DNA of 64,000 nt from an uncultured Gammaproteobacteria bacterium (GCA_964613455.1 CAZTGS010000004.1:122-64121); one strand, 5' to 3'. Shown: positions 50,801 through 60,209, counted from the stretch's first letter. The notes: generated by a model not told the origin, from the sequence alone. Translations and numbers: made by a program.

Positions 50801-50993
50801 TCTTCTTGATGAAGATAAGGGCTGGGCTCAAGAAGTTGGAAGTAACGTAAGTAAAGCTATAATGATAGATGGTGCTGATGCACAAGGTCGTCATATTATG
50901 ACTGGAGCTGATTCAGATGATAACTTCTTCTACTCTACATCTAATGGTCAATCTATGTGGCAAATGAACTTAGGTGTTGCTTATAAATTCTAA
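47850..50993 (+). CDS. TonB-dependent receptor, Oar-like, with N-terminal carboxypeptidase-regulatory-like domain
   Basis: signal peptide; plug motif NDFTIDG...ND.FGL; ..GG.I.A.TKSGTNEFHGS; FFF.GYE; C-terminal LGVAYKF. Confidence 0.92.
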   Translation: MKKFLLAFLPLVMFTTLISANVDTTARIKGSVNIPGASIEAVHTPTNYKKSVVASETGNFNINFLPIGGPYRITIRKAGFDTQQIEVASLSVSDPLKITVVMAQSDLDNVEVVGSRVARSTVSSGSVLSRDQIDEIPTITRNIADYLKFDPRVTINNGNARSTEVSVMGKNSRLNDFTIDGVSFNDAFGLNDSGFATMKNPISIDFVDEITVDITPYDASKGNATGGTITAITKSGTNEFHGSAYYTSRDKGNIGDLPNGEEYTDFEEEAMAFTFSGPIIKDRLFFFVGYEESEDIRPSLWGTSDSNATNKWEITSAQMDAISSHMLSTYGYTAGSYNSITYPTTQEQYIIKLNGSINEDHRAELVYQVTEDSFWSNYDRASQPVFSNNYYDIPPETERTTFTLYSDWTDRFSTRIRISDRMFTQDANSPDGGYGGLFPEFHIYEGNEIIYVGPDRYRGHNLIEVDQQLTSIKASYDLDDHYLTFGYETDESSVYNSFINRYNGEINFRSLDDFYANTHSRVETFAVATDYGGPFSLVRDDPTLPAARFDVEEKIMFIQDEWQVSDVLSLTAGIRRYEFDIPQQAILNQSYLSNIGYANNATVSYRVSQPRFSFDLDVSDMWFGGNDNIVSADLTGGIGVFHGRLPKVFFSNGFGRSSADSFYSRFLSCAGPLPNLGSAATTGVTDPRFFWYRSTASTCAPKDSSSAYWKYTHSSDPGFEGPSSTRSNIKLALQTANGYDITVEYNNDQVKQDVAFKDASFEIESTLADGRVTSDSGENTYLTNTQDGGGHAFTLTASKEFDNGISMYTGYTNMETRDVFAMTSAQHSSSYGYQPRGNGENVPEARSSFMAEDKFVIALSYTAQLIGDNDTKFSLLGIRKSGEPYSITFDGDAYNGKGQDGYDLAYIPTGPNDPKVAFSSAAAATEVMNFVNSSCASGAKGTIIARNTCTAPTQTRIDMRITQNFNVMDGHKVIVYLDIQNLMNLLDEDKGWAQEVGSNVSKAIMIDGADAQGRHIMTGADSDDNFFYSTSNGQSMWQMNLGVAYKF

Positions 50994-51007
50994 GAAATAT
51001 CTATAAT

Positions 51008-51040
51008 AAAAAAGGGCAGTTTATTCTGCCCTTTTTTTTT
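51008..51040 (+). terminator. intrinsic terminator after Oar-like TBDR
   Basis: AAAAAAGGGCAG-TTTATT-CTGCCCTTTTTTTTT. Confidence 0.85.
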
Positions 51041-51053
51041 GTTAAAATTTAGT

Positions 51054-51956
51054 ATGTCTACAACAATCCCAGAATTATCATTTAAAGATATTGAAAAAGG
51101 TGATCCAAAGTCTATTGAGTTACTTTCATTGGCTCTAGAAGATCATGGATTCTTTTCTATTATCGATCACGGCCTATCATCTGAGTTATTAGATAAATGC
51201 TATAAATCGTCGATAGATTTTTTTAATTTAAATGATGAGCTTAAGCTTGCTTATCACAGCAGAGCATCGAAAGGTGCTAGAGGCTACACACCAACAGGAA
51301 TCGAAACTGCAGTTGGTGAAAAGATAGCTGATCAAAAAGAATTTTGGCATCATGGACCAATCATTGACGAAACCTTTGACAAAAGAATATCAGAAAATCT
51401 TGTTATTAATGAGATAGATGACTTTAATAAAAATTTTGATGATTTATATCTTGAACTTCATTCGATTGGCTTAAGAGTTATGTCTGTAATAGCTCTGTCA
51501 ATTGGTCTAGATAAGAATTATTTTTTTGATTGGATTAATAAAGGTAATTCCTTATTAAGATCTATCTACTATCCTCCAATTGATGATGTTTCAAATTTGC
51601 ATAGGGCTAGGGCTCATGAAGATATTAATTTAATAACTCTTTTGGTTGGAGCAGAAGAGGGCGGCCTTGAGGTGTTAAATAAATCTGATGAATGGATTAA
51701 AGTTCAACCAAGCACTAACTCTATAGTTTGCAATATGGGAGATATGATGCAGTTAGTTACTGATAAAAAACTAAAAAGCACAACGCATAGAGTTATTCAA
51801 TATCAAGATCAGAGATCCAAAGCTAGATATAGTATTCCTTTTTTTCTTCATCCCTCACCTGATGTAACACTTAAATCAGTGTTTAATAAAGATGATAAAG
51901 GCATACTTGCTGATGACTTTTTAAATGATAGATTAAAGGCTATTAAGTTATACTAA
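51054..51956 (+). CDS. 2-oxoglutarate/Fe(II) dioxygenase, IPNS/DIOX_N family
   Basis: GFF.I.DHG; RGY; HED (HxD), THRV (distal His), RYSIPFF (RxS); start moved to ATG 51054. Confidence 0.9.
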   Translation: MSTTIPELSFKDIEKGDPKSIELLSLALEDHGFFSIIDHGLSSELLDKCYKSSIDFFNLNDELKLAYHSRASKGARGYTPTGIETAVGEKIADQKEFWHHGPIIDETFDKRISENLVINEIDDFNKNFDDLYLELHSIGLRVMSVIALSIGLDKNYFFDWINKGNSLLRSIYYPPIDDVSNLHRARAHEDINLITLLVGAEEGGLEVLNKSDEWIKVQPSTNSIVCNMGDMMQLVTDKKLKSTTHRVIQYQDQRSKARYSIPFFLHPSPDVTLKSVFNKDDKGILADDFLNDRLKAIKLY

Positions 51957-51959
51957 ATC

Positions 51960-53207
51960 ATGAATATTCTTAGCTTTCTACAAATTGGGATAGGTTTTGT
52001 TGGACTAATTGCACTTGCAGTTCCATTTTCTGACAATCCAAAAATTATCAACTATAAATATATTTTTTATGCAATTGTTGCTCAGTTAGTACTTGCAGTA
52101 ATATTTATTAAGCTTCCATTTATTACTATCTTTTTTGAATTTTTAGCTGAAGGGGTTACAGTTCTTCAGGATGGTACCGAGCAGGGCGCACAATTTTTAT
52201 TTGGATATCCTGGAATCGAGCCTGGTGCCTACCCATCACTTTTATCAACGTTTGCTTTTGGAATTCTTCCATATGTAATTGTTATGTCTTGTGTGTCCGC
52301 TGTGATGTGGTATTGGGGAGTCCTTCCTTTTTTAGTTAATGTTTTCTCAAAAGTTTGCCAAAGACTATTTAATATTGGAGGACCTATAGGTCTTGGAGCT
52401 GCTGCAAATATTTTTGTAGGACAAGTTGAGGCCCCGCTTTTGATAAGACCTTATTTAAGCAAGTTATCAAAAAAAGAACTTTTAATACTTATGACTGCTG
52501 GGATGGCAACTGTTGCAGGTTCTGTAATGATCGCCTTAATAACAGTACTAGAACCAAAGTTCGTTGATATAAATCTAATACAACATTTTATTACAGCATC
52601 CATTCTCTCTATTCCTGCAGCAATAATGTATGCAAATATACTCCTACCTTCAAATGAAGTTACAGATTTCACAGATGAGGAGACTCCCAAGGTATATAAA
52701 AATACTATGGACGCTATCACAAGAGGTACTTCTGATGGGGCAACCATTGCAATAAGTGTTGGTTCAATTTTATTAGCATTTATAGCTTTGGTTTATTTTG
52801 CAAATTCTTTCTTGGGTATGGTGACTGGGTGGTTTGGTTATAGTTTGTCAATTGAAATGATATTAGGATATGCGTTTGCACCAATAGCATGGCTTATGGG
52901 AATTCCATGGAGTGAAGCTCTTGTTGCTGGTGAGCTGTTAGGAATAAAGACAACCCTTAACGAATTTGTTGCCTATTACAGTCTTGCTAATCTTGAAGAT
53001 GGGTTGTTATCAGAACGATCAAAATTAATTACACTTTATGGACTATGTGGTTTTGCAAACTTCTCATCTGTAGGAATATTAGTCTCTGGTATTAGTGCAA
53101 TGTCACCTGATAGAAAGGGTGATTTAATTGCCGTATCTTTCAAAGCTCTAATTGGCGCAACTCTTGCATCATGTATGACAGGCTTGGTGGTAGGATGTTT
53201 TATATAA
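51960..53207 (+). CDS. nupC: concentrative nucleoside transporter (NupC/CNT)
   Basis: NIFVGQVEAP; GMATVAGSV; NEFVAY; LCGFANFSS.GI. Confidence 0.93.
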   Translation: MNILSFLQIGIGFVGLIALAVPFSDNPKIINYKYIFYAIVAQLVLAVIFIKLPFITIFFEFLAEGVTVLQDGTEQGAQFLFGYPGIEPGAYPSLLSTFAFGILPYVIVMSCVSAVMWYWGVLPFLVNVFSKVCQRLFNIGGPIGLGAAANIFVGQVEAPLLIRPYLSKLSKKELLILMTAGMATVAGSVMIALITVLEPKFVDINLIQHFITASILSIPAAIMYANILLPSNEVTDFTDEETPKVYKNTMDAITRGTSDGATIAISVGSILLAFIALVYFANSFLGMVTGWFGYSLSIEMILGYAFAPIAWLMGIPWSEALVAGELLGIKTTLNEFVAYYSLANLEDGLLSERSKLITLYGLCGFANFSSVGILVSGISAMSPDRKGDLIAVSFKALIGATLASCMTGLVVGCFI

Positions 53208-53208
53208 G

Positions 53209-53652
53209 CTAATTATTCAGAACAATGAATAAGTTTAGATAGGAGGCAAATAATAACCATAATACATATGGTATATAAATGATTCCTGAAAATTTATCCG
53301 CCTTATACATAATTTTTGCGATTGCTGCATTTAAAAATATTAACAACCATATATTAAATAGTGCAATAACTGGCATTTGAAATGCAAAAAATAACCAAGA
53401 CCATGCAGTATTAAATATCAGCTGTATACAAAACAGTCGTTTAGTTAATTCAAAGGTTCTATATGCAGAAATACCCATTAATACATAAAGTATTGGCCAC
53501 ACTATTCCAAAGACATAACCAGGAGGATTTAAAGAAGATTTGGACAATGATTGATACCAAACATCCATAGAGGTATTAGAAGAAGCAAGCCCACCTAAAA
53601 TCAGTGCAGCTAAAACTAAAGGAAATATTGAGTATTTTGAGTTTAAAAACAA
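53209..53652 (-). CDS. tspO: TspO/MBR tryptophan-rich sensory protein
   Basis: WY..L.K..LNPP..VFG.VW..LY; N..WS.LFF; PY..W..FA..LN. Confidence 0.92.
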   Translation of the reverse strand: MFLNSKYSIFPLVLAALILGGLASSNTSMDVWYQSLSKSSLNPPGYVFGIVWPILYVLMGISAYRTFELTKRLFCIQLIFNTAWSWLFFAFQMPVIALFNIWLLIFLNAAIAKIMYKADKFSGIIYIPYVLWLLFASYLNLFIVLNN

Positions 53653-53654
53653 AC

Positions 53655-53798
53655 CTATCTTTTTCTAAAAAATCTAGAAATGGTGCCGGAAACATCTTTA
53701 AGGAAAGTCGATCCTTTGGGTCTAGCTTCAATGAAGATATAAAAGCCAACGAAAACTGTTGCTATTAAGAAAACCCATACTGCGTCATATTCACCCAT
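53655..53798 (-). CDS. 47-aa single-TM small protein (not in ORF track)
   Basis: MGEYDAVWVFLIATVFVGFYIFIEARPKGSTFLKDVSGTISRFFRKR; ends 2 bp before the tspO start. Confidence 0.55.
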   Translation of the reverse strand: MGEYDAVWVFLIATVFVGFYIFIEARPKGSTFLKDVSGTISRFFRKR

Positions 53799-53841
53799 AC
53801 TATAATTATAATTGTTTTATGTTTTTATTGTTTAGTTAAGT

Positions 53842-54957
53842 TTAAGTTTTTTCAACAAGAATTGAACAAACTGAATAACCTGCTCCAAAAGAACAAATCA
53901 CTCCTTTTTCACCTTTATTAAGATCATTGTCAGAGTTGAAAGCAACTAGTGAGCCTACTGAAGCTAAATTACCATATTTTATTATAGGCATTGGAATTAA
54001 GTCAGAATTGAAATCATCTGTTCCAAGAATTTTAGCAGCAATTAATCTAATCATTTTTCCATTTGCCTGATGCAACCAAAACTTAGAAATATCATTTGGA
54101 TTTATATCATTGTCTTTTAATTGTTCTAATATTAAAGATGCCACAAGAGGACAAACATCTTTAAAAACACTCCTTCCATTTTGGGTAAACAAAACTTCGT
54201 CACCATTCTTTTGATCATCTGCTGATCTGTTTAGATAACTAAAATCACTTCTTATATTATTTGAAAACTGTGTATGTAATTTTCTATCAAGTATTTTAAA
54301 GCTTTTTTTTGATTTGCTATTTTTTTGAACAATAGTAGCAGCACAAGCATCACCAAAAATAAAATGAATATCTTTTCTGGTGAAATCGACACATGGCGTT
54401 GAGATTTCTGGGTTTATTACTAGAATTGTATTAGCAAGACCAGAAGCTATATCGCTATATGCATTATTGATAGCAAACGTGGTTGATGAGCAACCAACCA
54501 GCATGTCATAGGCATAACCATTAATGCCAAGTTCAGTTTGAATTTCTATTGCAACAGATGGGTAATTTCTTGCGGCATGTGACGTCCCAAGAATGACTGC
54601 ATCAATATCAGAGGCAGTAACGTTAGCTTCTTTCATTGCTTTTTTTGCTGCAATGATCCCCATTTCAGCGTGAATTGATAGACAAGATTCATCCTCATTT
54701 CTTATATGAGGCATCATCCGACTTGTATCAAGAATTCCAGCTTTATCTATAACATATCTAGTTTTAATACCTGACGCCTTTTCAATAAAATCAGAAGATG
54801 AGTACGTCATTTCTTCTGCATCACCATTTTTAATAGCTTCATCATTTTTTTTATTAAAATCATCTACATAGGAATTAAAAGATGCAACTATCTCTTCATT
54901 AGTGATCTTGTCTTTAGGATGCCAAGTTCCTGTTCCAGCAATATGAATGTTATGCAT
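53842..54957 (-). CDS. fabH: beta-ketoacyl-ACP synthase III (long, PA3286-like FabH)
   Basis: Cys-His-Asn triad (VGCSS, WLHQAN, YGN); IFGD; CSFGAGYS; start moved to ATG 54957. Confidence 0.85.
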   Translation of the reverse strand: MHNIHIAGTGTWHPKDKITNEEIVASFNSYVDDFNKKNDEAIKNGDAEEMTYSSSDFIEKASGIKTRYVIDKAGILDTSRMMPHIRNEDESCLSIHAEMGIIAAKKAMKEANVTASDIDAVILGTSHAARNYPSVAIEIQTELGINGYAYDMLVGCSSTTFAINNAYSDIASGLANTILVINPEISTPCVDFTRKDIHFIFGDACAATIVQKNSKSKKSFKILDRKLHTQFSNNIRSDFSYLNRSADDQKNGDEVLFTQNGRSVFKDVCPLVASLILEQLKDNDINPNDISKFWLHQANGKMIRLIAAKILGTDDFNSDLIPMPIIKYGNLASVGSLVAFNSDNDLNKGEKGVICSFGAGYSVCSILVEKT

Positions 54958-54991
54958 AACTATATTTAAATTATTTGAGGTATTATAAATT

Positions 54992-55897
54992 ATGTTGTCG
55001 AATATCTCTAATAAGCTCGATGTTATTACCATTAATTTAACTCATAATAGTGAAGTTAATGGTCTTGTTTATATATGTCATGGAATGTCAGAGCATGTTC
55101 GAAGATATCATTGGTTTATAGAGCAACTAAACAAAGATGGTTTTCATGTTGTAGCTATTGATCACAGAGGTCATGGAAGATGGATTGAAAATGGTTTTCA
55201 GGAGGGTGTTTTTGCACAAAAGAATGGTTGGGATCTTGTAACCAATGATTTATTAAATCTAATCAGTTCTACAAATGCTGATTATCCAAATATTAATCAT
55301 TATTTATTTGCTCACAGCATGGGTTCTTTTATTGCACTATCAGCTATACAAAAAGAATTAAAACTTTCAGGCTTGATCCTGAGCGCTTCAACGAAAACAT
55401 CTTCATTGCTTTCTACCATTCAAGTCTTAGTTATTAAAATTATTACTTTAATAAATGGCAGAGCGTCTAAGAGTAAATTTTTTGATTCCCTAACTATGAG
55501 AACTTTTAATAATAAATTTTCGCCATCAAGAACACCAAATGACTGGATCTCCACTGATCCTGAAAATGTTGACGATTATACAAATGATCCTTTGTGTGGG
55601 TTTATTGCGTCTAATGGGGTATGGCTTGATATGGCAAATAGCTTTCAAACTATATTTAACAAAAAAATGTATCCTTCTTCTAATTTAAATATACCAATCT
55701 TAATTATCTCTGGTGACGAGGATCCTGTTGGAGAAAACGGAAAGGGCGTGGCTAGACTTTATAAGTTTTTAAAAAATATTTTCTATAATGTTGAATATAT
55801 TTTATTAAAAAATGAAAGGCATGAGATTCTTAGCGGAATTTCTAAACAATTGTCATATAATAACATCAAAGAATTTTTACTAAAAAATCAATTCTAA
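54992..55897 (+). CDS. lysophospholipase/monoacylglycerol lipase-like alpha/beta hydrolase
   Basis: HGMSEH..RY; DHRGHG; AHSMG; DP.CG; G..DPV; RHE. Confidence 0.88.
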   Translation: MLSNISNKLDVITINLTHNSEVNGLVYICHGMSEHVRRYHWFIEQLNKDGFHVVAIDHRGHGRWIENGFQEGVFAQKNGWDLVTNDLLNLISSTNADYPNINHYLFAHSMGSFIALSAIQKELKLSGLILSASTKTSSLLSTIQVLVIKIITLINGRASKSKFFDSLTMRTFNNKFSPSRTPNDWISTDPENVDDYTNDPLCGFIASNGVWLDMANSFQTIFNKKMYPSSNLNIPILIISGDEDPVGENGKGVARLYKFLKNIFYNVEYILLKNERHEILSGISKQLSYNNIKEFLLKNQF

Positions 55898-55902
55898 GAC
55901 CT

Positions 55903-56922
55903 ATGAAAAATTTATTCATCATTATAACTTGCCTTTCCTCGTGTCTAATTTCTCAAGAAATGAAACAGATAGATATTTCTTTTGAAGGAGAAGGCAGGAC
56001 ATACTTAATCTATAAACCTATTAATTTTATAAAATCCTCTCCAATTGACTTATTTATTGGTATTCATGGTTATGGAGGAACGGCATCTGGGTTTGAAAGA
56101 GAAACCACTGGAAATTTCAATAAAACTGCTGATAAATATAAGTTTTTAACTATATACCCTCAAGGCAAGATTTTTTATGAAAAAAAATTCTTAAGAAAAA
56201 CCTTCATTTCATCTTGGAACGACCTAGCAGGTTCAAAAACTATAACCTCTGTTGGCGAGACCTGTGCTGTAGACGCTGATATATATCCTCAGTATCCAAA
56301 CTGCAAATCTGGTGGAAGATGTTCATGGACAAGTTGTGTAAATGATTTAGGCTTCATAAAAGAAATTATAGATAGAACAAAAAATGAATTTAATATCAGA
56401 AACATATATGTTGCGGGAATGAGTAATGGTGGAATGATGGCTCAAGCACTCGCTTGTAAATATCCTGAATTATTTTCAGGTGTTATAAATGTTGTAGGTA
56501 TGCAGCATCAGGGGTTGAGTTGCAAACCAAATTCACCAGTTAATTTTATAATTTATGGCGGCGCTAAAGATACAACGGTTCCACCTGTAAATATAAGAGC
56601 TGCTGATGGTTACTTTTATGAGCCAATGGAGAATACTTTTGATGACTGGTCAAAACAATTTAATTGCAAGTCTCTTGTGAAATCTAAAAAAAACCAATTC
56701 GATAACATTAATGAAATATTGGCGTTCGACTGTGATAACAATGTAACTGTTACAAGTATTTTAAATAATGACAGTGGTCATCTTTGGCCAGGTGTTTCCG
56801 GCAGAGTGGGATACTGCAGAACTCCGGATCAAGATAAACTTAATTACGATAATTGCAAGGAAGCAAAAGTAAACCCTTGGGGTAATGATTATCTTATTTC
56901 TAAAATTCTAAGTTCTGATTAA
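55903..56922 (+). CDS. secreted Cys-rich esterase (PHB depolymerase/LpqC-like)
   Basis: signal peptide or lipobox LSSC; IHG.GG; YPQG; SWN; GMSNGG; D..VP; GH.WPG. Confidence 0.8.
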   Translation: MKNLFIIITCLSSCLISQEMKQIDISFEGEGRTYLIYKPINFIKSSPIDLFIGIHGYGGTASGFERETTGNFNKTADKYKFLTIYPQGKIFYEKKFLRKTFISSWNDLAGSKTITSVGETCAVDADIYPQYPNCKSGGRCSWTSCVNDLGFIKEIIDRTKNEFNIRNIYVAGMSNGGMMAQALACKYPELFSGVINVVGMQHQGLSCKPNSPVNFIIYGGAKDTTVPPVNIRAADGYFYEPMENTFDDWSKQFNCKSLVKSKKNQFDNINEILAFDCDNNVTVTSILNNDSGHLWPGVSGRVGYCRTPDQDKLNYDNCKEAKVNPWGNDYLISKILSSD

Positions 56923-57019
56923 TAAATATTGAACCTTTCAAAGCAATATACTAAAACTTGAGATTAATCCTGTTTTCAGTATTATGTAGGTACACATTTT
57001 TATTGGGAGAGTAAAAATC

Positions 57020-59350
57020 ATGTCGTCAATATACTTAAAACCACTTTTTGAAAAGAAATTAGACCCATTAACCTTGGTTCTTAGAGATATTTTTAAAGAT
57101 AATAATTATGCATTATCTTGTCTTGGAACTTTAACTCTAGGACTTGGGGTTGCTCAGGGATCAAATTTACAAGCACAAGAGCAAGTTGAAGAGATCATAG
57201 TCACAGCTTCTAAACGTGCTGAGAATATTCAAGATGTTGCAATGAGTGTCCAAGCAATTGGTGCTGCTGAATTAGATCTTAAAAACATTAAAGGGCTTGA
57301 TGACATTGCTAATTTATCTCCTGCAGTTACCTTAGATGCTGGCGGACCAGGTAATTCATCTTTTTATATTAGAGGAGTCTCTGATGGTGGTTTTGGTAAC
57401 CCTTCGGGAGCAGCATCAACAACTTCTTTATATCTAGATGATCAACCTCTAACTACTATTGGTCAAACTCCTGATCTTCATGTCTTCGATATAGAGAGAG
57501 TTGAGATTCTTAGTGGTCCACAAGGTACTTTATACGGATCAAGCTCAACTTCTGGAAACATAAAAATTATTACAAAAAAACCAGACATGGCTGGCATTGA
57601 CTATGGTTATGATGTTGATTTAGGCGTAATAAGAGATGGATCAAACGATCAATCTTTCGAAGCCTATATGAACATGCCTCTTGGAGAGAATGCTGCAGTT
57701 AGGCTTAGTGCATATGACTTAAAAGAGGGAGGTTGGATTGACAATAAACTCACATCTAAAACCTTTACTAATAGCGGATACACTATTGATAACAGTGAGT
57801 TTGCTCAAGATGATTACAACGAATTAAATAAAACTGGTTATAGACTTCGATTTGCATCACAAATTGGAGAGCATGATCTAGATTTATCTATACTCGATCA
57901 AAGCTCTACATTTGGAGGATCTTGGGAGTCAGATGAAGCAGTAGGACCAAGGGCTAATTCAAGATTTACCGATGAATATTTCAATGATGATTTTAGCCAA
58001 ACCTCACTTTCTTTGAGTGGTGATATTAATGACAACATGGAATATATCTTTACTACGTCCTCTTTCGATAGGGATGTTGAATATACATATGACTATTCTG
58101 AATATGTAGAATATTACAATTATGATGGACCAACTTATACATGTGATTACTATGATTATTATTATTATGGAACTATTTCTGGATGTCAGGATCCAAGAAT
58201 GTCCTATACACAAATTGATGATCATCAAAGAGATTCTTATGAATTGAGAGTCCAGTCAAAAGGTGATAGTGGCTTTCAGTGGGTTCTTGGGGCTTTCTCA
58301 GAATCATCTAAACGTGATTATCAAATAGCATATATGTGGCCAGGTATGAATCCTGGAAATCTTTCATTTCAACCAACAAATGGTCAGTGGTGGAATTTAG
58401 ATAATATTAGAGAAGAGGAAACAGAAGCTATTTTTGGAGAAGGTTATCTTGATTTAAATGATAAAACTAAACTAACGGTTGGCTTCAGATCATATGAGCA
58501 AGACACGACAGTTAATGCAAAAGATGGTTATTTTGGTGTATTTGATGGCGTAGATAAAATATTTAAATCTAATGATTCAGGAGTGGTGCCTAAAGTAAAT
58601 ATTGCTCATAATATTGACGATGACACTATGATTTATGGAACTTATTCTGAAGGTTTTAGAGCCAGTGGTATTAATAGGGTGAGGCCTGCACAAACGGCAT
58701 TCATTCCAGAAACTTATAAATCTGATTATTTAGAAAGTCTTGAATTTGGTTTTAAATCAACAATGGCTGATGGAAAACTAATTTTAAATGGAGCTTATTT
58801 CATGATGGATTGGAATGATTTTCAATCTACAACATATAACTTAGATTTTTCACCTGTTGCTTTTGTAGATAATGTTGGTAACGCTGAAATAGACGGTTTA
58901 GAGCTAGATGCTACTTATAAGGCAAGCGATTCCTTAACTTTATCAGCTTATCTTGTTTCTAATGACCCATCGCTATCACAAGATTATTTTGATGTATCTG
59001 GTGTTCTTCAGGCAAATGCGGGCAATAGATTAGCTTATGTTCCTGAATTATCCTATGTCTTAGGTGTTGATAAAATCTTAAGTTTATTTGGTAAACCTGG
59101 ATATTTCTCTCTAGATTATAGCCACACTGGAGACAGATACACCAGTCAAGCAAATGACTTGAAGTTACCATCATATGCTATAGCAAATATGAGATTGGGA
59201 CTTGAATCAGATAATAGATCCATAGAAATGTATATTACTAATGCAACTGATAAAAGTGGTTATCAATCAAGGTATAATGATTTTGGTGATATCAGAAGAA
59301 CTCAAAATAAACCAAGAGTTATTGGTTTAAGGTTTAGATACAGGTATTAG
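57020..59350 (+). CDS. TonB-dependent receptor
   Basis: TonB box EEIIVTA; IRG; Y.DD.P; DIERVE.L.GPQGTLYG; C-terminal GLRFRYRY. Confidence 0.93.
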   Translation: MSSIYLKPLFEKKLDPLTLVLRDIFKDNNYALSCLGTLTLGLGVAQGSNLQAQEQVEEIIVTASKRAENIQDVAMSVQAIGAAELDLKNIKGLDDIANLSPAVTLDAGGPGNSSFYIRGVSDGGFGNPSGAASTTSLYLDDQPLTTIGQTPDLHVFDIERVEILSGPQGTLYGSSSTSGNIKIITKKPDMAGIDYGYDVDLGVIRDGSNDQSFEAYMNMPLGENAAVRLSAYDLKEGGWIDNKLTSKTFTNSGYTIDNSEFAQDDYNELNKTGYRLRFASQIGEHDLDLSILDQSSTFGGSWESDEAVGPRANSRFTDEYFNDDFSQTSLSLSGDINDNMEYIFTTSSFDRDVEYTYDYSEYVEYYNYDGPTYTCDYYDYYYYGTISGCQDPRMSYTQIDDHQRDSYELRVQSKGDSGFQWVLGAFSESSKRDYQIAYMWPGMNPGNLSFQPTNGQWWNLDNIREEETEAIFGEGYLDLNDKTKLTVGFRSYEQDTTVNAKDGYFGVFDGVDKIFKSNDSGVVPKVNIAHNIDDDTMIYGTYSEGFRASGINRVRPAQTAFIPETYKSDYLESLEFGFKSTMADGKLILNGAYFMMDWNDFQSTTYNLDFSPVAFVDNVGNAEIDGLELDATYKASDSLTLSAYLVSNDPSLSQDYFDVSGVLQANAGNRLAYVPELSYVLGVDKILSLFGKPGYFSLDYSHTGDRYTSQANDLKLPSYAIANMRLGLESDNRSIEMYITNATDKSGYQSRYNDFGDIRRTQNKPRVIGLRFRYRY

Positions 59351-60209
59351 TAATAAGTTCTTCTAAAATTTTTGAAAGCTCTTTGGGGCTTTCAAAAAAT
59401 GGAAAATGCCCAGTATTATCCATTATCACTATATTCTTATCTACAGTATTTGCGTGAATATCATTCTCAGGATTAAATCTTGCTAACTTGTCCTTCTCGC
59501 CGTAAATGAATGAGGTATTTTTAATTTTACTTATATCTTCAGCTTTGTAGGCTGAACATGCTTTAAGATCATGAGACATTATTTCTTTTTGGGTTTGGTT
59601 GAATAGTCTCTTTAAGGGATATACATTTATTTCTCGTTGCGGATCGTTCTCTATATTCTTAGTTCCATATGGTGATTTTATAGTTCCTTTACTCCTTCCA
59701 TAAAAACCAGCTCCCATTGTGCCAAATGTTTTAGCTTGAACTTTCGTCTCAGGAACATTAAACACCCCATACTTTGTCATAAATTCGTTAGCTTGATCAA
59801 GGTTGCCTTTGGCATGCTGTAATAATATTTCACCAACCATAAGTGGGTAGCTAGTATTCATTAAAATACTTAATTTACAATCCAGTTTCAAACTCACATC
59901 TAAAGCAATTAATCCGCCCATAGAATGCCCAATAAGAATAGGATTCTCAATACTCATTTTTTTAAGAAGTTGGATTAAGAATTCAGACATCTCTTCAATA
60001 GAATAAAGAACTTCGCCTGTTGTAAATCCATGACCCGGAAAATCTAGTGAGAATACGTTTGAGGACGAGTAAAGCTGAGACATATCAATCATGGAACCAA
60101 TTCTATGATCCATTCCAGCACCGGGAAGTATAAATATATTAGACTTAGGATCTTCTATTTTGTTGTGTTCAAATACGTGTGCTTTATGATTTTTTAATTC
60201 TATAAACAT
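59334..60209 (-). CDS. alpha/beta hydrolase
   Basis: PGAG; D.PGHG; GHSMGG; GEKD; GHFP..E. Confidence 0.88.
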   Translation of the reverse strand: MFIELKNHKAHVFEHNKIEDPKSNIFILPGAGMDHRIGSMIDMSQLYSSSNVFSLDFPGHGFTTGEVLYSIEEMSEFLIQLLKKMSIENPILIGHSMGGLIALDVSLKLDCKLSILMNTSYPLMVGEILLQHAKGNLDQANEFMTKYGVFNVPETKVQAKTFGTMGAGFYGRSKGTIKSPYGTKNIENDPQREINVYPLKRLFNQTQKEIMSHDLKACSAYKAEDISKIKNTSFIYGEKDKLARFNPENDIHANTVDKNIVIMDNTGHFPFFESPKELSKILEELITNTCI

